NCBI GenBank assembly: GCA_028288785.1
Contig: JAQGHV010000138.1
Location: forward strand, 1 to 53,998
Source: Rhodospirillales bacterium
Lineage (GTDB): Bacteria; Pseudomonadota; Alphaproteobacteria; Acetobacterales; Acetobacteraceae
Direction: 5' to 3'
Length of the DNA stretch: 53,998 bases
In this document: positions 19,662 to 29,121 of the stretch, in pieces
Layout: each line of letters begins with the position of its first letter
Position numbering within the stretch: position 1 is the first letter of the stretch
Notes under the pieces: generated by a model
The model's database searches: none
Seen by the model: the letters and a program-made list of their open reading frames with translations, nothing else
Told to the model about the DNA's origin: nothing
Translations under genes and position numbers: made by a program

Positions 19662-20053
19662 TTAGTACTCGGCGTCGATCTCAAGGACATTGTCCTCGGG
19701 GTCGCGGAAGAACAGGGTGCGGTGGCGCCATTGCGGTAGGTCAGTCGGGCTGCGCAGATGGGCATGCCCTGGGCAAGAAGCTCGGCGTGGCAGGCATCGA
19801 CCTCGGGCGGCGCGACCCGGAAGGCGAGCTGCACCGCGGCCGATCCTGGGGCGAGTGCGCCATCGTCGCAAACGGTCCAGATCCCGCGCGGGCGCAAGGT
19901 AAGTAGCGACGCACCCACGCGGAAGGTGACCCAGTTCTCCCGATCGGTCTCCATCGGGAAGCGCATGATGTCACGATAGAATGCGCGCGTCTCGGCAAGC
20001 CTGCGGCACAGCAGGATGGTGTGGTCGAGATTGCCGATCCCGCCGAGGGTCAC
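19662..20053 (-). pseudogene. VOC/glyoxalase protein, frameshifted
   Basis: N-part (DHTIL..RAFYRD..QLAFRV) and C-terminal WRHRTLFFRDPEDNVLEI lie in different frames; one base missing near 19755-19759. Confidence 0.8.
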
Positions 20054-20074
20054 GCGCGCAACCGGCGCGTGGGT

Positions 20075-20305
20075 TCAGACCGCCTTGCGGACGCCAATGC
20101 TGGCGAACTTCTTGTTGAACTTGGCGATCTGGCCGCCCGTGTCCATCACGCGCTGCACGCCGGTCCAGGCCGGGTGGGTCTTCGGATCGATGTCGAGCTT
20201 GATCACGTCGCCCGCCTTGCCGTGGCAGGAGCGCGTCATGTACTCGGTGCCATCGGTCATGATGACCTTGATGTCGTGATAGTCGGGGTGGATGTCGGGC
20301 TTCAT
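20075..20305 (-). CDS. rpmE: 50S ribosomal protein bL31 (no Zn-ribbon)
   Basis: [28 protein letters not shown]. Confidence 0.96.
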   Translation of the reverse strand: MKPDIHPDYHDIKVIMTDGTEYMTRSCHGKAGDVIKLDIDPKTHPAWTGVQRVMDTGGQIAKFNKKFASIGVRKAV

Positions 20306-20386
20306 CGTTCTGCTCTCGGAGTGCGTCATGGCGCCGCCGATGTCCGACCGGCCGCGAAGCCGCCCCCTATACGGGATGCACAGGCC

Positions 20387-21037
20387 TCACGCAATCTCAC
20401 CGCGCTCGATGACAAAGGTGGCCTCGACGAGGGGCCGCAACAGCTCGGGATTGCTTTCGGTGATCAGGATCGCGAGCTCCGGCAGCGCGTCGCGCAGGCG
20501 CTTCAGGGCCTCCGCGTAGCGCAGCGCCAGAGCGGGTGCGAGGCCCTGGAACGGCTCATCCAGCATCACCGCGCGCACGCCCACCATGAGTGCGCGGCCG
20601 AGTGCCACCATCTTCCCCTGCCCGCCCGAAAGGCCGCCGGCGCGGCGTGGCGCAAGCGTGACCAGTTCCGGCAGCAAGCCAAAGACCAAGTCGAGTCGGC
20701 GGCGGATTTCGGCGCCGGTCAGGCCCAGGACCTCGGCCGGCAGCACCATGTTCTCGCGCACGGAGAAGCCGCCGAACAGCCGCCGATCCTCTGGCGCATA
20801 GCCGATGCCGAGACGCGCACGATGGTGCGCCGGTAGCCGCGCCGCGTCCTCGCCACCGATCAGCACGCGCCCCGCACTCGGCGCAAGCAGGCCCATGAGC
20901 GTGCGCAGGCTGGTCGTCTTGCCCGCGCCGTTGCGCCCGATCAACGCGACCCGGCCACCTGCCGGCACGTGCAGCGTGACGCCGCGCAGCACCGGCGCCC
21001 CCGCGATCGCGACCGAGACACCTTCCAGATCAAGCAT
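20387..21037 (-). CDS. Branched-chain amino acid-type ABC ATPase (LivF-like)
   Basis: GRNGAGKT, LSGGQ, LDEPFQGLAP. Confidence 0.92.
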   Translation of the reverse strand: MLDLEGVSVAIAGAPVLRGVTLHVPAGGRVALIGRNGAGKTTSLRTLMGLLAPSAGRVLIGGEDAARLPAHHRARLGIGYAPEDRRLFGGFSVRENMVLPAEVLGLTGAEIRRRLDLVFGLLPELVTLAPRRAGGLSGGQGKMVALGRALMVGVRAVMLDEPFQGLAPALALRYAEALKRLRDALPELAILITESNPELLRPLVEATFVIERGEIA

Positions 21038-21854
21038 CGGGCGCGCCTTCACGGCTTGGGCCTGCACCGGAGGCAGCACTCGGATCGACTGCCGCAACCC
21101 CGATCACCTCGCGCAGCACGTCCGGGTCGCGCAGCACCTCGCCTGGCGGGCCGAGTGCGAGGATGCGCCCCTGCGACCAGACCGCCACGCGGTCGGAGAA
21201 GCGCTCCACCACATCCATGTCGTGCTCGACGAATACCGCCGTCACCTCCGCCTCGCGCAGCACGCGGGCGAGGGTTTCCACCACCGCCATCTTCTCCGAT
21301 GCCGCGACGCCGGACGTCGGCTCATCCATAAGCAGCAGTCGCGGGCGCAAAGCGGTGGCCATCGCGATGTCGGCGAGCTTGCGCGCGCCTTCGTTCAACG
21401 AGTCGGCGCGGCTGTCGCGGATGCCATCGAGGCCGAAGCGGTTCAGCAGTTCCCGCGCCTCATCGATCACGCTCATCGACAGCAGCGGCGCGAAGGGGTG
21501 CCAGACGCCGCGTCGGGCAGCGATTGCGAGGGCCGCGTTTTGCAGCACGGTGTGCTCGGTGAACAGCTGCGGCAGCTGGAAACTGCGCCCGATGCCGCGC
21601 TTGACGATGGCGCGCGGCGCTAGGCCGGTGATCTCCTCGCCATCATAATGGATGCTGCCGCCCTGGGGCCTGAGGTAGCCGGTCGTCATGTTGATGAAGG
21701 TGGTTTTGCCGGCGCCGTTCGGCCCGATGATCGCCAGAAACTCGCCGCGCCTGACCGAGAGGTCGATCCCATCAGCCGCCTTCACGCCACCAAAGGCGAG
21801 CCGCAGCCCACGCGCCTCCAGCAGCACGCTGTCATCACGTTGCGCCGCGCTCAC
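21030..21854 (-). CDS. ABC ATPase (LivG-like)
   Basis: GPNGAGKTT, RSFQ, DEPTSG, EHDM. Confidence 0.92.
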   Translation of the reverse strand: MSAAQRDDSVLLEARGLRLAFGGVKAADGIDLSVRRGEFLAIIGPNGAGKTTFINMTTGYLRPQGGSIHYDGEEITGLAPRAIVKRGIGRSFQLPQLFTEHTVLQNAALAIAARRGVWHPFAPLLSMSVIDEARELLNRFGLDGIRDSRADSLNEGARKLADIAMATALRPRLLLMDEPTSGVAASEKMAVVETLARVLREAEVTAVFVEHDMDVVERFSDRVAVWSQGRILALGPPGEVLRDPDVLREVIGVAAVDPSAASGAGPSREGAPDA

Positions 21855-22789
21855 GTGGCGCGCGCCCGGCGCAGCAGGCCCGCGATCACGCCCCAGACGC
21901 CGCCTGGCGCGAACAGGATCACCGCGAGCAGCGCCAGCCCCAGCGCCATCTGCCAGATATCGGCGAAGGCCGCCGCCGCGTAGACGCGGATCAGCTCATA
22001 GGTGACGGCGCCGAGGAACGGGCCCAGCACGCCGCCAGCGCCGCCCAGGATCGCGATGAACACCAGCTCCCCGGAGCTTGTCCAATAGGCGAGCAGCGGC
22101 GTCACGTGCCGCGACGTCATCGCGATGATCGCGCCCGCCGCACCCGCCATGATCGCGGACAACACATACGCCACCAGCAGCACGCCGCGCGCCGAGACGC
22201 CGAGGAATTCGAGCCGCGTCTCGCGCGTCTTGATCGCGGCCAGCGCCTCGCCCATCGGCGAGATCAGGTACTGCCGCGCGACCCACCAGAAGCATGCCGC
22301 GACCGTCAGAGCGGTGCCGAACATGACCCAGCCCGCCATCGGGCCATCCATCGGCATTCCGGCGATGCTCAGCGGTGCGACGCGAATACCGTCCGAGCCC
22401 TTGGTGATGGCGTAGAATTTCTCCAAAAGTGAATACAGCACCATGCTCAGCGCCAAGTTAAGCATGGAGAAGAAGATCTCGCGGTAGCGCGTGATGAAGA
22501 GGCCGATCACCAGCCCGATCGCGCCGGCCGTGAGCATCGCCATCGGCAGCAGCACCAGAACATCGCCCATCGAGGGTGCCGCAAACGCCACGACATACGC
22601 GCCCACCGCGGCATACATCGCGTGCCCGAAACTCACCTGCCCGGCGCGGAGCAGCAGCAGGATGCCCAGCACCGCGATGCCCTTGGCCAGCGCCAACGTC
22701 AGGATGAACCGCAACCACGGCGCCGCCCATGCCACCGCCACCAGCGCCAGTGCGCCAGCTAGCGCCAACCACGGCTCGGCGCGCCTCAT
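21851..22789 (-). CDS. ABC permease (LivM-like)
   Basis: GQVSFGHA, ILGG.G..GP.LGA, hydrophobic profile. Confidence 0.92.
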   Translation of the reverse strand: MRRAEPWLALAGALALVAVAWAAPWLRFILTLALAKGIAVLGILLLLRAGQVSFGHAMYAAVGAYVVAFAAPSMGDVLVLLPMAMLTAGAIGLVIGLFITRYREIFFSMLNLALSMVLYSLLEKFYAITKGSDGIRVAPLSIAGMPMDGPMAGWVMFGTALTVAACFWWVARQYLISPMGEALAAIKTRETRLEFLGVSARGVLLVAYVLSAIMAGAAGAIIAMTSRHVTPLLAYWTSSGELVFIAILGGAGGVLGPFLGAVTYELIRVYAAAAFADIWQMALGLALLAVILFAPGGVWGVIAGLLRRARAT

Positions 22790-23712
22790 ACCCGTCGAGC
22801 CTCCGCGGCGCCGAACAACCCCTGCGGCCGAACCAGCAGCACCGCCACCATGATGATGTAGGGCACCACCACCTCCAGCTCCGGTGCGAAGTACACGGCG
22901 ACGGACCGGCCCAGCCCGATCAGCAAGGCGGTCAGCGCCGCGCCCTCGATCTGGCCCAGGCCTGCGGTGGCGATCACCGCGAAGGACAGCACGATCGTCT
23001 GCGCCCCAATCCCCGGCACCAACGACGTCGTCGGCGAGGCCAGCGCGCCACCCAAAGCCGCCAACACCGCGCCCGCCGTGAAGGTCAGCAAGAACACCTT
23101 TTTCGCGTCGATGCCCATCGCCGTCGCGGCCTCGCGGTCCACCGTCACCGCCACGATCACCCGCCCGGTCAGCGTCCGCCGCAGGAACCAGGCCAACCCC
23201 ACCAGAGTCGCTAACGCGACCCCCGGCAGCAAAAACAACTGGTACTTCGTGAACGGAATCACATCGCCGGCAAACGGCACATCCACCGTGCCCAGCCAGC
23301 GCACCGCCACGTCATTGCTGACCGGCTGCACGCCCCAGACGAGCTTCTGCGCATCCTCTAGAATCATGAACAGCGCGAAGGTCACCAGCAGCTGGATCAC
23401 CGGCTCCTCGGCATAGATCCGGCGCAACAAAATCCGCTCGATCACCGGCCCCAACACCAACCCCACCAGCACCGCCGCCAACAACAACACCGGCAGCGAG
23501 GCCCAAACCGGCAACCCCGCCATCCCCCCCAAACTCGCCGCCGCATAAGCCCCGATTGCGTAAAACGACCCGTGCGCCACGTTCAACACACGCAACACGC
23601 CAAACACGAGATTGAGACCCACCGAAACCATGAACACCAACGCCGCATAGGCAAGCCCATCCAACAAGGCGAGCCCCAGCAACAGGCCGTTCTCATCGAA
23701 CCAGGTGATCAT
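22786..23712 (-). CDS. ABC permease (LivH-like)
   Basis: GLNLVFGVLRVLNVAHG, A.AMGID, RPQGLFG. Confidence 0.92.
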   Translation of the reverse strand: MITWFDENGLLLGLALLDGLAYAALVFMVSVGLNLVFGVLRVLNVAHGSFYAIGAYAAASLGGMAGLPVWASLPVLLLAAVLVGLVLGPVIERILLRRIYAEEPVIQLLVTFALFMILEDAQKLVWGVQPVSNDVAVRWLGTVDVPFAGDVIPFTKYQLFLLPGVALATLVGLAWFLRRTLTGRVIVAVTVDREAATAMGIDAKKVFLLTFTAGAVLAALGGALASPTTSLVPGIGAQTIVLSFAVIATAGLGQIEGAALTALLIGLGRSVAVYFAPELEVVVPYIIMVAVLLVRPQGLFGAAEARRV

Positions 23713-24022
23713 GGAAAACAGTCCAGAGGCGCTGCCCCGGGGCCCCGCCAGGATCGTGTCGATCCTGGGCCTCCATTTGTTGGTGCCGAGTTTTGGGAGT
23801 GTGCTGAGCCTCGCCGGAGACGAGCCGGGGTGGGGAGGGGGCGCGTGGAGTGACGTCGGCCGAAGGGAGCTCGCTTGATGCGCCCCCTCCCCACCCGGAC
23901 CCCATCAGCAATGTCCCAGTCCTCCCAACTCAAAACCACAAATGCAGGGGTCCGGGGATCGGCGCGATCCCCGGCGGGGGTCCAGGGGGCAGCGCCCCCT
24001 GGCCTGTCATCCATGATCATGG
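23706..24022. mobile_element. REPIN/MITE-like nested inverted-repeat element (family A) with a 9-bp flanking direct repeat
   Basis: Outer arms ~23706-23790 and ~23935-24019 are imperfectly complementary; inner arms GGGTGGGGAGGGGGCGC / GCGCCCCCTCCCCACCC; TGATCATGG at 23706-23714 and 24014-24022. Confidence 0.8.
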
Positions 24023-24023
24023 C

Positions 24024-25331
24024 TCAGATGGACGTCCCGACGCGGTTCTCCATGCCTGGCGTCAGGGTCTTCATCCAGTCGACGCTTTTCTGGCCGACCG
24101 GAGCGCTGATGGCGACGGGGTCGTAGCGCATCATCCGTTCCGGCACTGCGTAGGGGTAGCGCTCGCCGAAGGAGGACAGGCCGACGATCTGTTCTTCGAG
24201 GCCTTGGCCGTCCGAGCGGAGCGTGATGGATGCGGTGGGCGTCGGGAAGGTGAGGCCGCGGAAGGCGGCGCCGACTTCCTGGTCATTTGGCCAGGCGCCG
24301 CCCTTGGTTTCGATGGCCTTGGCGTAGGCGGCGCGGAGGGCCCAGACGGCCTGTGCCATGTGGTGGACGGGGTAGATCGGGTACTCGTTGAAGCGGCTGC
24401 GATAGCCTTCGATGAAGCGGTCGAATAGGGCGCGGTCGCGCGGCGCGGGGTGGTTGATCCAGTGGTCGCCACGCGAGCCGATGATGTGTCCGACCGGCAT
24501 GGCGCGGCCGAGTGCGGGCATCGAGGGTTCGGCGACGGGCATCACGAACAGGCTGCGCTCGAACAGGCGGCGCTCGGTCGCCTGGCGGATGAGGGTGGTG
24601 AGTTCGCCGCCCCATGAGGTCGAGAGCACGACGTCCGGGCGGAGTGCCAGGAGGCGGGTGATCTCGGTGGAGAAATCGGTGCTGTTGAAGCGCGGGAACA
24701 TCTCGGCGACCACGCGCACGCCGGGCTTGAGCGTGTCCATCGCGGTCTTCCAGAGTTCCCAGCTGTCGCGGCCCCAGGCGTAGTCCTGGTTGATGACGGC
24801 GATGGAGCGGAAGTCGGGCTTGTGCTTCAGCAGGTACAGCAGCGGCGCCATGAGTTCCGGCGTGCCGTAGCCCTGGGTGCGGAAGGCGAAGGGGTGGTTG
24901 CCTTCCTCGAAAGTGCGCTGGGTGCCGCAATCCCACAGGATGGTGGTCTTGCGCAGCTCATCGGAGAGCGGCGTGCAGGCGAGGCAGGAGCCCGACGAGA
25001 TCGAGGCGAACATGACGTGCACGCCCTCGCTCTGCACCAGGCGGCGGAATTCGCCGACCAAGTGTTCGGTGCCGGGACCTTCATCGACGAAGATCGGGCG
25101 AACGGGCACGCCGCCGATGCCCCCTTCCCGGTTCACTTCCTCGAACAGCCATTGCGCGGCGCGCTGGCCTGGGACGCCGAAGACGGAGGCCGGGCCGGAG
25201 AGGAAGGTGGTGATGCCGACCTTCATCTCGGTGGGCTTCGGCATGGTCTGGGCGGAGAGCGTTTCGGGCAGGATGACGCCGCCGAAGCCTGCGGCCAGCA
25301 GCGCCGCGCGGCGCGTGATTCCGGTGGTCAT
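24024..25331 (-). CDS. ABC substrate-binding protein (Leu/Ile/Val-binding fold), Tat signal
   Basis: TRRAALL, LSGPASVFG, DYAWG; GGAGGG RBS. Confidence 0.92.
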   Translation of the reverse strand: MTTGITRRAALLAAGFGGVILPETLSAQTMPKPTEMKVGITTFLSGPASVFGVPGQRAAQWLFEEVNREGGIGGVPVRPIFVDEGPGTEHLVGEFRRLVQSEGVHVMFASISSGSCLACTPLSDELRKTTILWDCGTQRTFEEGNHPFAFRTQGYGTPELMAPLLYLLKHKPDFRSIAVINQDYAWGRDSWELWKTAMDTLKPGVRVVAEMFPRFNSTDFSTEITRLLALRPDVVLSTSWGGELTTLIRQATERRLFERSLFVMPVAEPSMPALGRAMPVGHIIGSRGDHWINHPAPRDRALFDRFIEGYRSRFNEYPIYPVHHMAQAVWALRAAYAKAIETKGGAWPNDQEVGAAFRGLTFPTPTASITLRSDGQGLEEQIVGLSSFGERYPYAVPERMMRYDPVAISAPVGQKSVDWMKTLTPGMENRVGTSI

Positions 25332-25443
25332 GAGCGGTTCCCTCCGATGATTCTTCGTTCTTGCCCGTGAGCATGGCTGTGCCTGCCCGCGCTGTGAAGG
25401 GCCTTCGATTTGCAGCCGGGCGCGGCGCGCGTAGTTTGCTCGT

Positions 25444-26298
25444 ATGCCCGTCTCCATCCTCTCGATCCAGTCCTGGGTCGCCTATGGCCATGTCGGCAAT
25501 GCCAGCGCGGTGTTTCCGCTGCAGCGTCTCGGCGCCGAGGTCTGGGCGATCAACACGGTGCAATTCTCCAACCACACCGGCTACGGCGCCTGGCGCGGCG
25601 AGGTGTTTTCGGACGCGCTGGTCCGCGACTGCGTCCTGGGCATCGCCGAGCGCGGCGTGTTGGCGCAATGCGATGCGGTGCTCTCGGGCTACATGGGCAG
25701 CCCGGCGATCGGCGCGGCCATCCGCGACGCCGCGGCGATGGTGAAGGCGGCCAATCCGCGCGCGATCTGGTGCTGCGACCCGGTGCTGGGCGACACCAAC
25801 CGCGGCATCTACGTGCGGCCTGGCATTCCGGAGTTCCTGCGCGACCACGCGCTACCGGCGGCCGATATCGCGACGCCCAACCAGTTCGAACTGGAATGGC
25901 TGACGGGCGCGCGGATCGCGACGCTGGATGATGCGAAGGCGGCGCTGATGGCGCTCGCGGCGCGTGGGCCGAAGCGGTTGCTGCTCACCAGCCTGCGCAC
26001 CGACGACACGCCGGAGGATGCGATGGACATGCTGGCGATGGAGGCGGGCGATTTCTGCCGGCTGCGGACACCGCGGCTGCCGCTCAACGTCAACGGCGCC
26101 GGCGACGCGATTGCGGCGCTGTTCCTGTTCCACACGCTCGCCGGCGCCGGCGTTGCGGCAGCACTTTCGGCGAGCGGGTCATCGCTGCACGGCATCCTCA
26201 CCGCGACCGCGCTGGCGGGTGCGCGGGAGCTGCAGACCATCGCAGCGCAACAGGAACTACTGACGCCCTCGACGCGGTTCAAGGCGGCGCCCTGCTGA
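25444..26298 (+). CDS. pdxY: Pyridoxal kinase
   Basis: ILSIQSWVAYGHVGN, FSNHTGY, DPVLGD, TPNQFE, GAGD. Confidence 0.95.
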   Translation: MPVSILSIQSWVAYGHVGNASAVFPLQRLGAEVWAINTVQFSNHTGYGAWRGEVFSDALVRDCVLGIAERGVLAQCDAVLSGYMGSPAIGAAIRDAAAMVKAANPRAIWCCDPVLGDTNRGIYVRPGIPEFLRDHALPAADIATPNQFELEWLTGARIATLDDAKAALMALAARGPKRLLLTSLRTDDTPEDAMDMLAMEAGDFCRLRTPRLPLNVNGAGDAIAALFLFHTLAGAGVAAALSASGSSLHGILTATALAGARELQTIAAQQELLTPSTRFKAAPC

Positions 26299-26359
26299 GC
26301 GCTCGTGCGCACTTACCGCCGACGCTGAACCTTCGCCCGATCATCGGCAGCCGGCAACA

Positions 26360-26441
26360 ATCCCAGACTGGTCGCTGCCGGTCGTCAGGCGAGCCAGGCA
26401 CGCGGAGCGTGCGCGTGACGCCTATGTGCCGGAGGGCACAA
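26360..26441 (-). repeat. Intergenic repeat family B copy
   Basis: - strand TTGTGCCCTCCGGC..GCGCACGCTCCGCG..GGCTCGCCTGACGACCGGCAGCG. Confidence 0.7.
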
Positions 26442-26458
26442 GCGGCGCGCACCAAACG

Positions 26459-27247
26459 TCACACCACGACGCGGCGATACAGGTGCCACGTCGCGTGGCC
26501 GAGTACCGGCATCGCGATGGCGAGGCCCACGAACAGCGTGGCGCAGCCGGCAATCAGCAGGGCCGCGACGATCGCCCCCCAGATCGCCATCGTCACCGGG
26601 TTCGCAGCGACCGCGCGGACCGAAGTCCGCACCGCCACCCCAAGCCCCGGATTCCGGTCAAGAAGGAGCGGAAAGCTCACCACCGTCACCACCAGCACGA
26701 AGGTCGCGAAGATCGCGCCGACAAGGTTGCCGACGATGATCAGCCGCCACCCCTCGGGCGTGCCGAACACGCGGCCCAGGAAGTCCATCGGATGCGCGTA
26801 GTTGCCGCTGCCGAGCGTCGCGTCCAGGATCACTCGCGCCGCGATGATCCACGCGACGAACACCACGACCAGCAGCAGGCCGAGCCCCATGATCGAGGGC
26901 AGCGCAGGAGAATGCCGCACCGACAGCGCGTCGGCGGCGGAGACGTCCTGCCCCTGCTCGCGCCGCCGGCTCAACTCGTAGACGCCGAGTGCCAGGAACG
27001 GCCCCAGCAGTGCGAAGCCCGAGACGAGCGGGAAGAACAGCGGCATCAGGGGCCCGCCCCAGGCCGCCCGTGCGGCGAGCAAGCCGACCACTGGGTAGAT
27101 GACGGCCAGGAAGATGAGCTGGGTTGGTGCTGCCTGGAAGTCGCGCCAGCCCGCGCCAAGCGCGTCAAACAGATCGTTGATGCCGATGATGCGGACGTTC
27201 GGTTCGGCCAATGCCGTCCCATGCGCCATCGAGATGCTGTCAGCCAT
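26459..27247 (-). CDS. DUF2189 family membrane protein
   Basis: GWRDF, GFALLGP..A.GVYELSRR, PVLGHATWHLYR. Confidence 0.9.
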   Translation of the reverse strand: MADSISMAHGTALAEPNVRIIGINDLFDALGAGWRDFQAAPTQLIFLAVIYPVVGLLAARAAWGGPLMPLFFPLVSGFALLGPFLALGVYELSRRREQGQDVSAADALSVRHSPALPSIMGLGLLLVVVFVAWIIAARVILDATLGSGNYAHPMDFLGRVFGTPEGWRLIIVGNLVGAIFATFVLVVTVVSFPLLLDRNPGLGVAVRTSVRAVAANPVTMAIWGAIVAALLIAGCATLFVGLAIAMPVLGHATWHLYRRVVV

Positions 27248-27409
27248 GTGCAAACTCCCTCGCGGCTTATGCCGTGTTGCCTCAGCCAGGCGGGTCTCCG
27301 CGGCGGGCGATCAAGAGAATGATATCCGGGGTACAAACCGCGGCGATCCACTGCGCAAGACGATAGGCACAGAAGCCGCGCTGTTCAACGCACGAAGGCG
27401 AGGCGCCAT

Positions 27410-28309
27410 TCAACGCCGAAGCCCGAGGCGCACCTCGCGGTGCCATATATAGAGTCCAGCCCCGACCAGCACCGCCATGCCGGCGAAGTCCCAGCCATCC
27501 GGCAGTTCGCCCCACAGCACCCCGCCCAGTGCCGTCGTCCATACGATTCCCGAATACTCGAAGGGTGCGACGAGCGACGGCTCGCCGCGCCGATAGGCCT
27601 CCGTCATCAGCACCTGGGCCAGTGCCGACACCAGCCCAGTCCCCGCGAGCAGCAGCCATTGTGTGCCGGTGGGCCACACCCAGCCCGGTACCGCCAGCGC
27701 CCCCGCCACGATCGAAGAACCGATCGCGAACCACAACACGATCGACGTCCCCGACTCGCCGCGCTCGCCCAGGCGACGGATCGAAATCATCGCAAGCGCC
27801 CAGGCGAATGCGGCGCCGATGACCGCGGCCATGGCGTGCAGGTCGCCCAGCGCCTCGCCTTCCCACGGCCGCACCATCAGCAGCACGCCGCCGAAGCCCA
27901 CGATGACCGCGCCCAGCCGGCGCGGCCCGACCCGTTCGCCCAGCATCGGCACGCTCAGCAGGGTCAGGAACAGCGGCATGGTGAAGCCGAGTGCCGAAAC
28001 GCTCGCGAGCGGCAGATGCTGGTAGCCGTAGAAGGAGCCGAACATGCCGCCCAGCCCGAACAGGCAGCGCCAGACGTGGCCCATCGGGTATTTCGTGCGC
28101 AGTGCGCTCCAGCCGCCGGCGGCAAGCAGCACGGGCAGCAGGGCCGGAATGGCGAACAGGTTCCGCCCAAGTACGACCTGCGCCAGTGGCACGGCGCCAT
28201 CGAGCGCCTTCACCATTGCGGCCGCCGCGGCAAAGGCCCCGGCAGCGCCCAGGATCATCAGGATGGCGCGACGTCGCGCCGCCCCCAAACGCAACTCGCT
28301 CTCGGACAT
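27410..28309 (-). CDS. DMT/EamA family transporter
   Basis: About 10 TM segments, LGERVG, APFEY. Confidence 0.9.
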   Translation of the reverse strand: MSESELRLGAARRRAILMILGAAGAFAAAAAMVKALDGAVPLAQVVLGRNLFAIPALLPVLLAAGGWSALRTKYPMGHVWRCLFGLGGMFGSFYGYQHLPLASVSALGFTMPLFLTLLSVPMLGERVGPRRLGAVIVGFGGVLLMVRPWEGEALGDLHAMAAVIGAAFAWALAMISIRRLGERGESGTSIVLWFAIGSSIVAGALAVPGWVWPTGTQWLLLAGTGLVSALAQVLMTEAYRRGEPSLVAPFEYSGIVWTTALGGVLWGELPDGWDFAGMAVLVGAGLYIWHREVRLGLRR

Positions 28310-28346
28310 GGACCTACCTTGCGCGCGAAGCTACGGTCTCCCCCAC

Positions 28347-28967
28347 ATGGCGACCACCCCAATACCGGCGTTCCCCGGACTCACCCTGCTCGAACAGAAA
28401 ACGGTCTGGGATGGCCGCTTCCCCCTGGATCGGGTGCGCTTCCGCAAGCGACGCTTCGATGGCGCCGAGGGTGGCTTGCTCACCTGGGAGCTTCGGCGGC
28501 GCGGCCGTGCCGCCGCGGTCCTTCCCTACGACGCCAAGCGCGACCGGGTGGCGCTGATCGAGCAATTCCGCCTGCCGGCGCTGGCCGCCGGGCTGCATCC
28601 GGTAATGACGGAGGTGCCAGCAGGGCTGTGCGAGCCAGGCGAGGACCCTGCCGTGACGGCGCGTCGCGAATTGGCCGAGGAAACACAGCTGGTACCATCA
28701 GCGCTGGAGCCGCTTGGGCGCTACATCCTCAACCAGGGGGATAGCGATGAGACCATCCACCTGTACCTCGCCCGCTGCGACCTGCCCGATCTGCTGCCGA
28801 CGCATAGTGGGCTCGCCGAGGAGCACGAGGACATCCGCCTGCGCCTGATGCCCGCAAAGGAAGCGATCCAAATGCTCGACGACAACCGCATCGAGAATGC
28901 GACGGCGGCACTCTGCCTCCACTGGCTCGCGCGCCACCATGCGCGGCTGCTGCGGGAGTGGAAGTGA
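28347..28967 (+). CDS. nudF: Nudix hydrolase, ADP-ribose pyrophosphatase-like
   Basis: AAVLPYD, EQFR, PAGLCEPGE..ARRELAEE, EHEDI. Confidence 0.85.
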   Translation: MATTPIPAFPGLTLLEQKTVWDGRFPLDRVRFRKRRFDGAEGGLLTWELRRRGRAAAVLPYDAKRDRVALIEQFRLPALAAGLHPVMTEVPAGLCEPGEDPAVTARRELAEETQLVPSALEPLGRYILNQGDSDETIHLYLARCDLPDLLPTHSGLAEEHEDIRLRLMPAKEAIQMLDDNRIENATAALCLHWLARHHARLLREWK

Positions 28968-28973
28968 TGGCGG

Positions 28974-29048
28974 CGGCCATGAAGGATGCACCCTCAAGCG
29001 CCAGGTGCGCGCTTGGCTCGCCCGACTGCCGGCGGCGCCCATTCGGGC
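28974..29048 (+). repeat. Intergenic repeat family B copy, spanned by bridge ORF 28967-29125
   Basis: CGGCCATGAAGGATG..CCCTCAAGCGCCAGGTGCGCGCTTGGCTCGCCCGACTGCCGGCGGCGCCCATTCGGGC. Confidence 0.72.
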
Positions 29049-29121
29049 GCTCGGCCCGTGCGGTGGACCGCAGGTCGATTGAAGCGAAGACTGCCATGAT
29101 AATGCTGCGCGTGCCGCCGCG

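Noticed and set aside
20075-20305. Zur-regulated bL31 paralog
   Set aside because: Cys-poor bL31 is the normal form in many Alphaproteobacteria, and no Zur box is seen.
27254-27409. Bridge ORF or FNR box between eamA and DUF2189
   Set aside because: The small ORF stops well before the next start, and only a half FNR site (ATCAA) is present.
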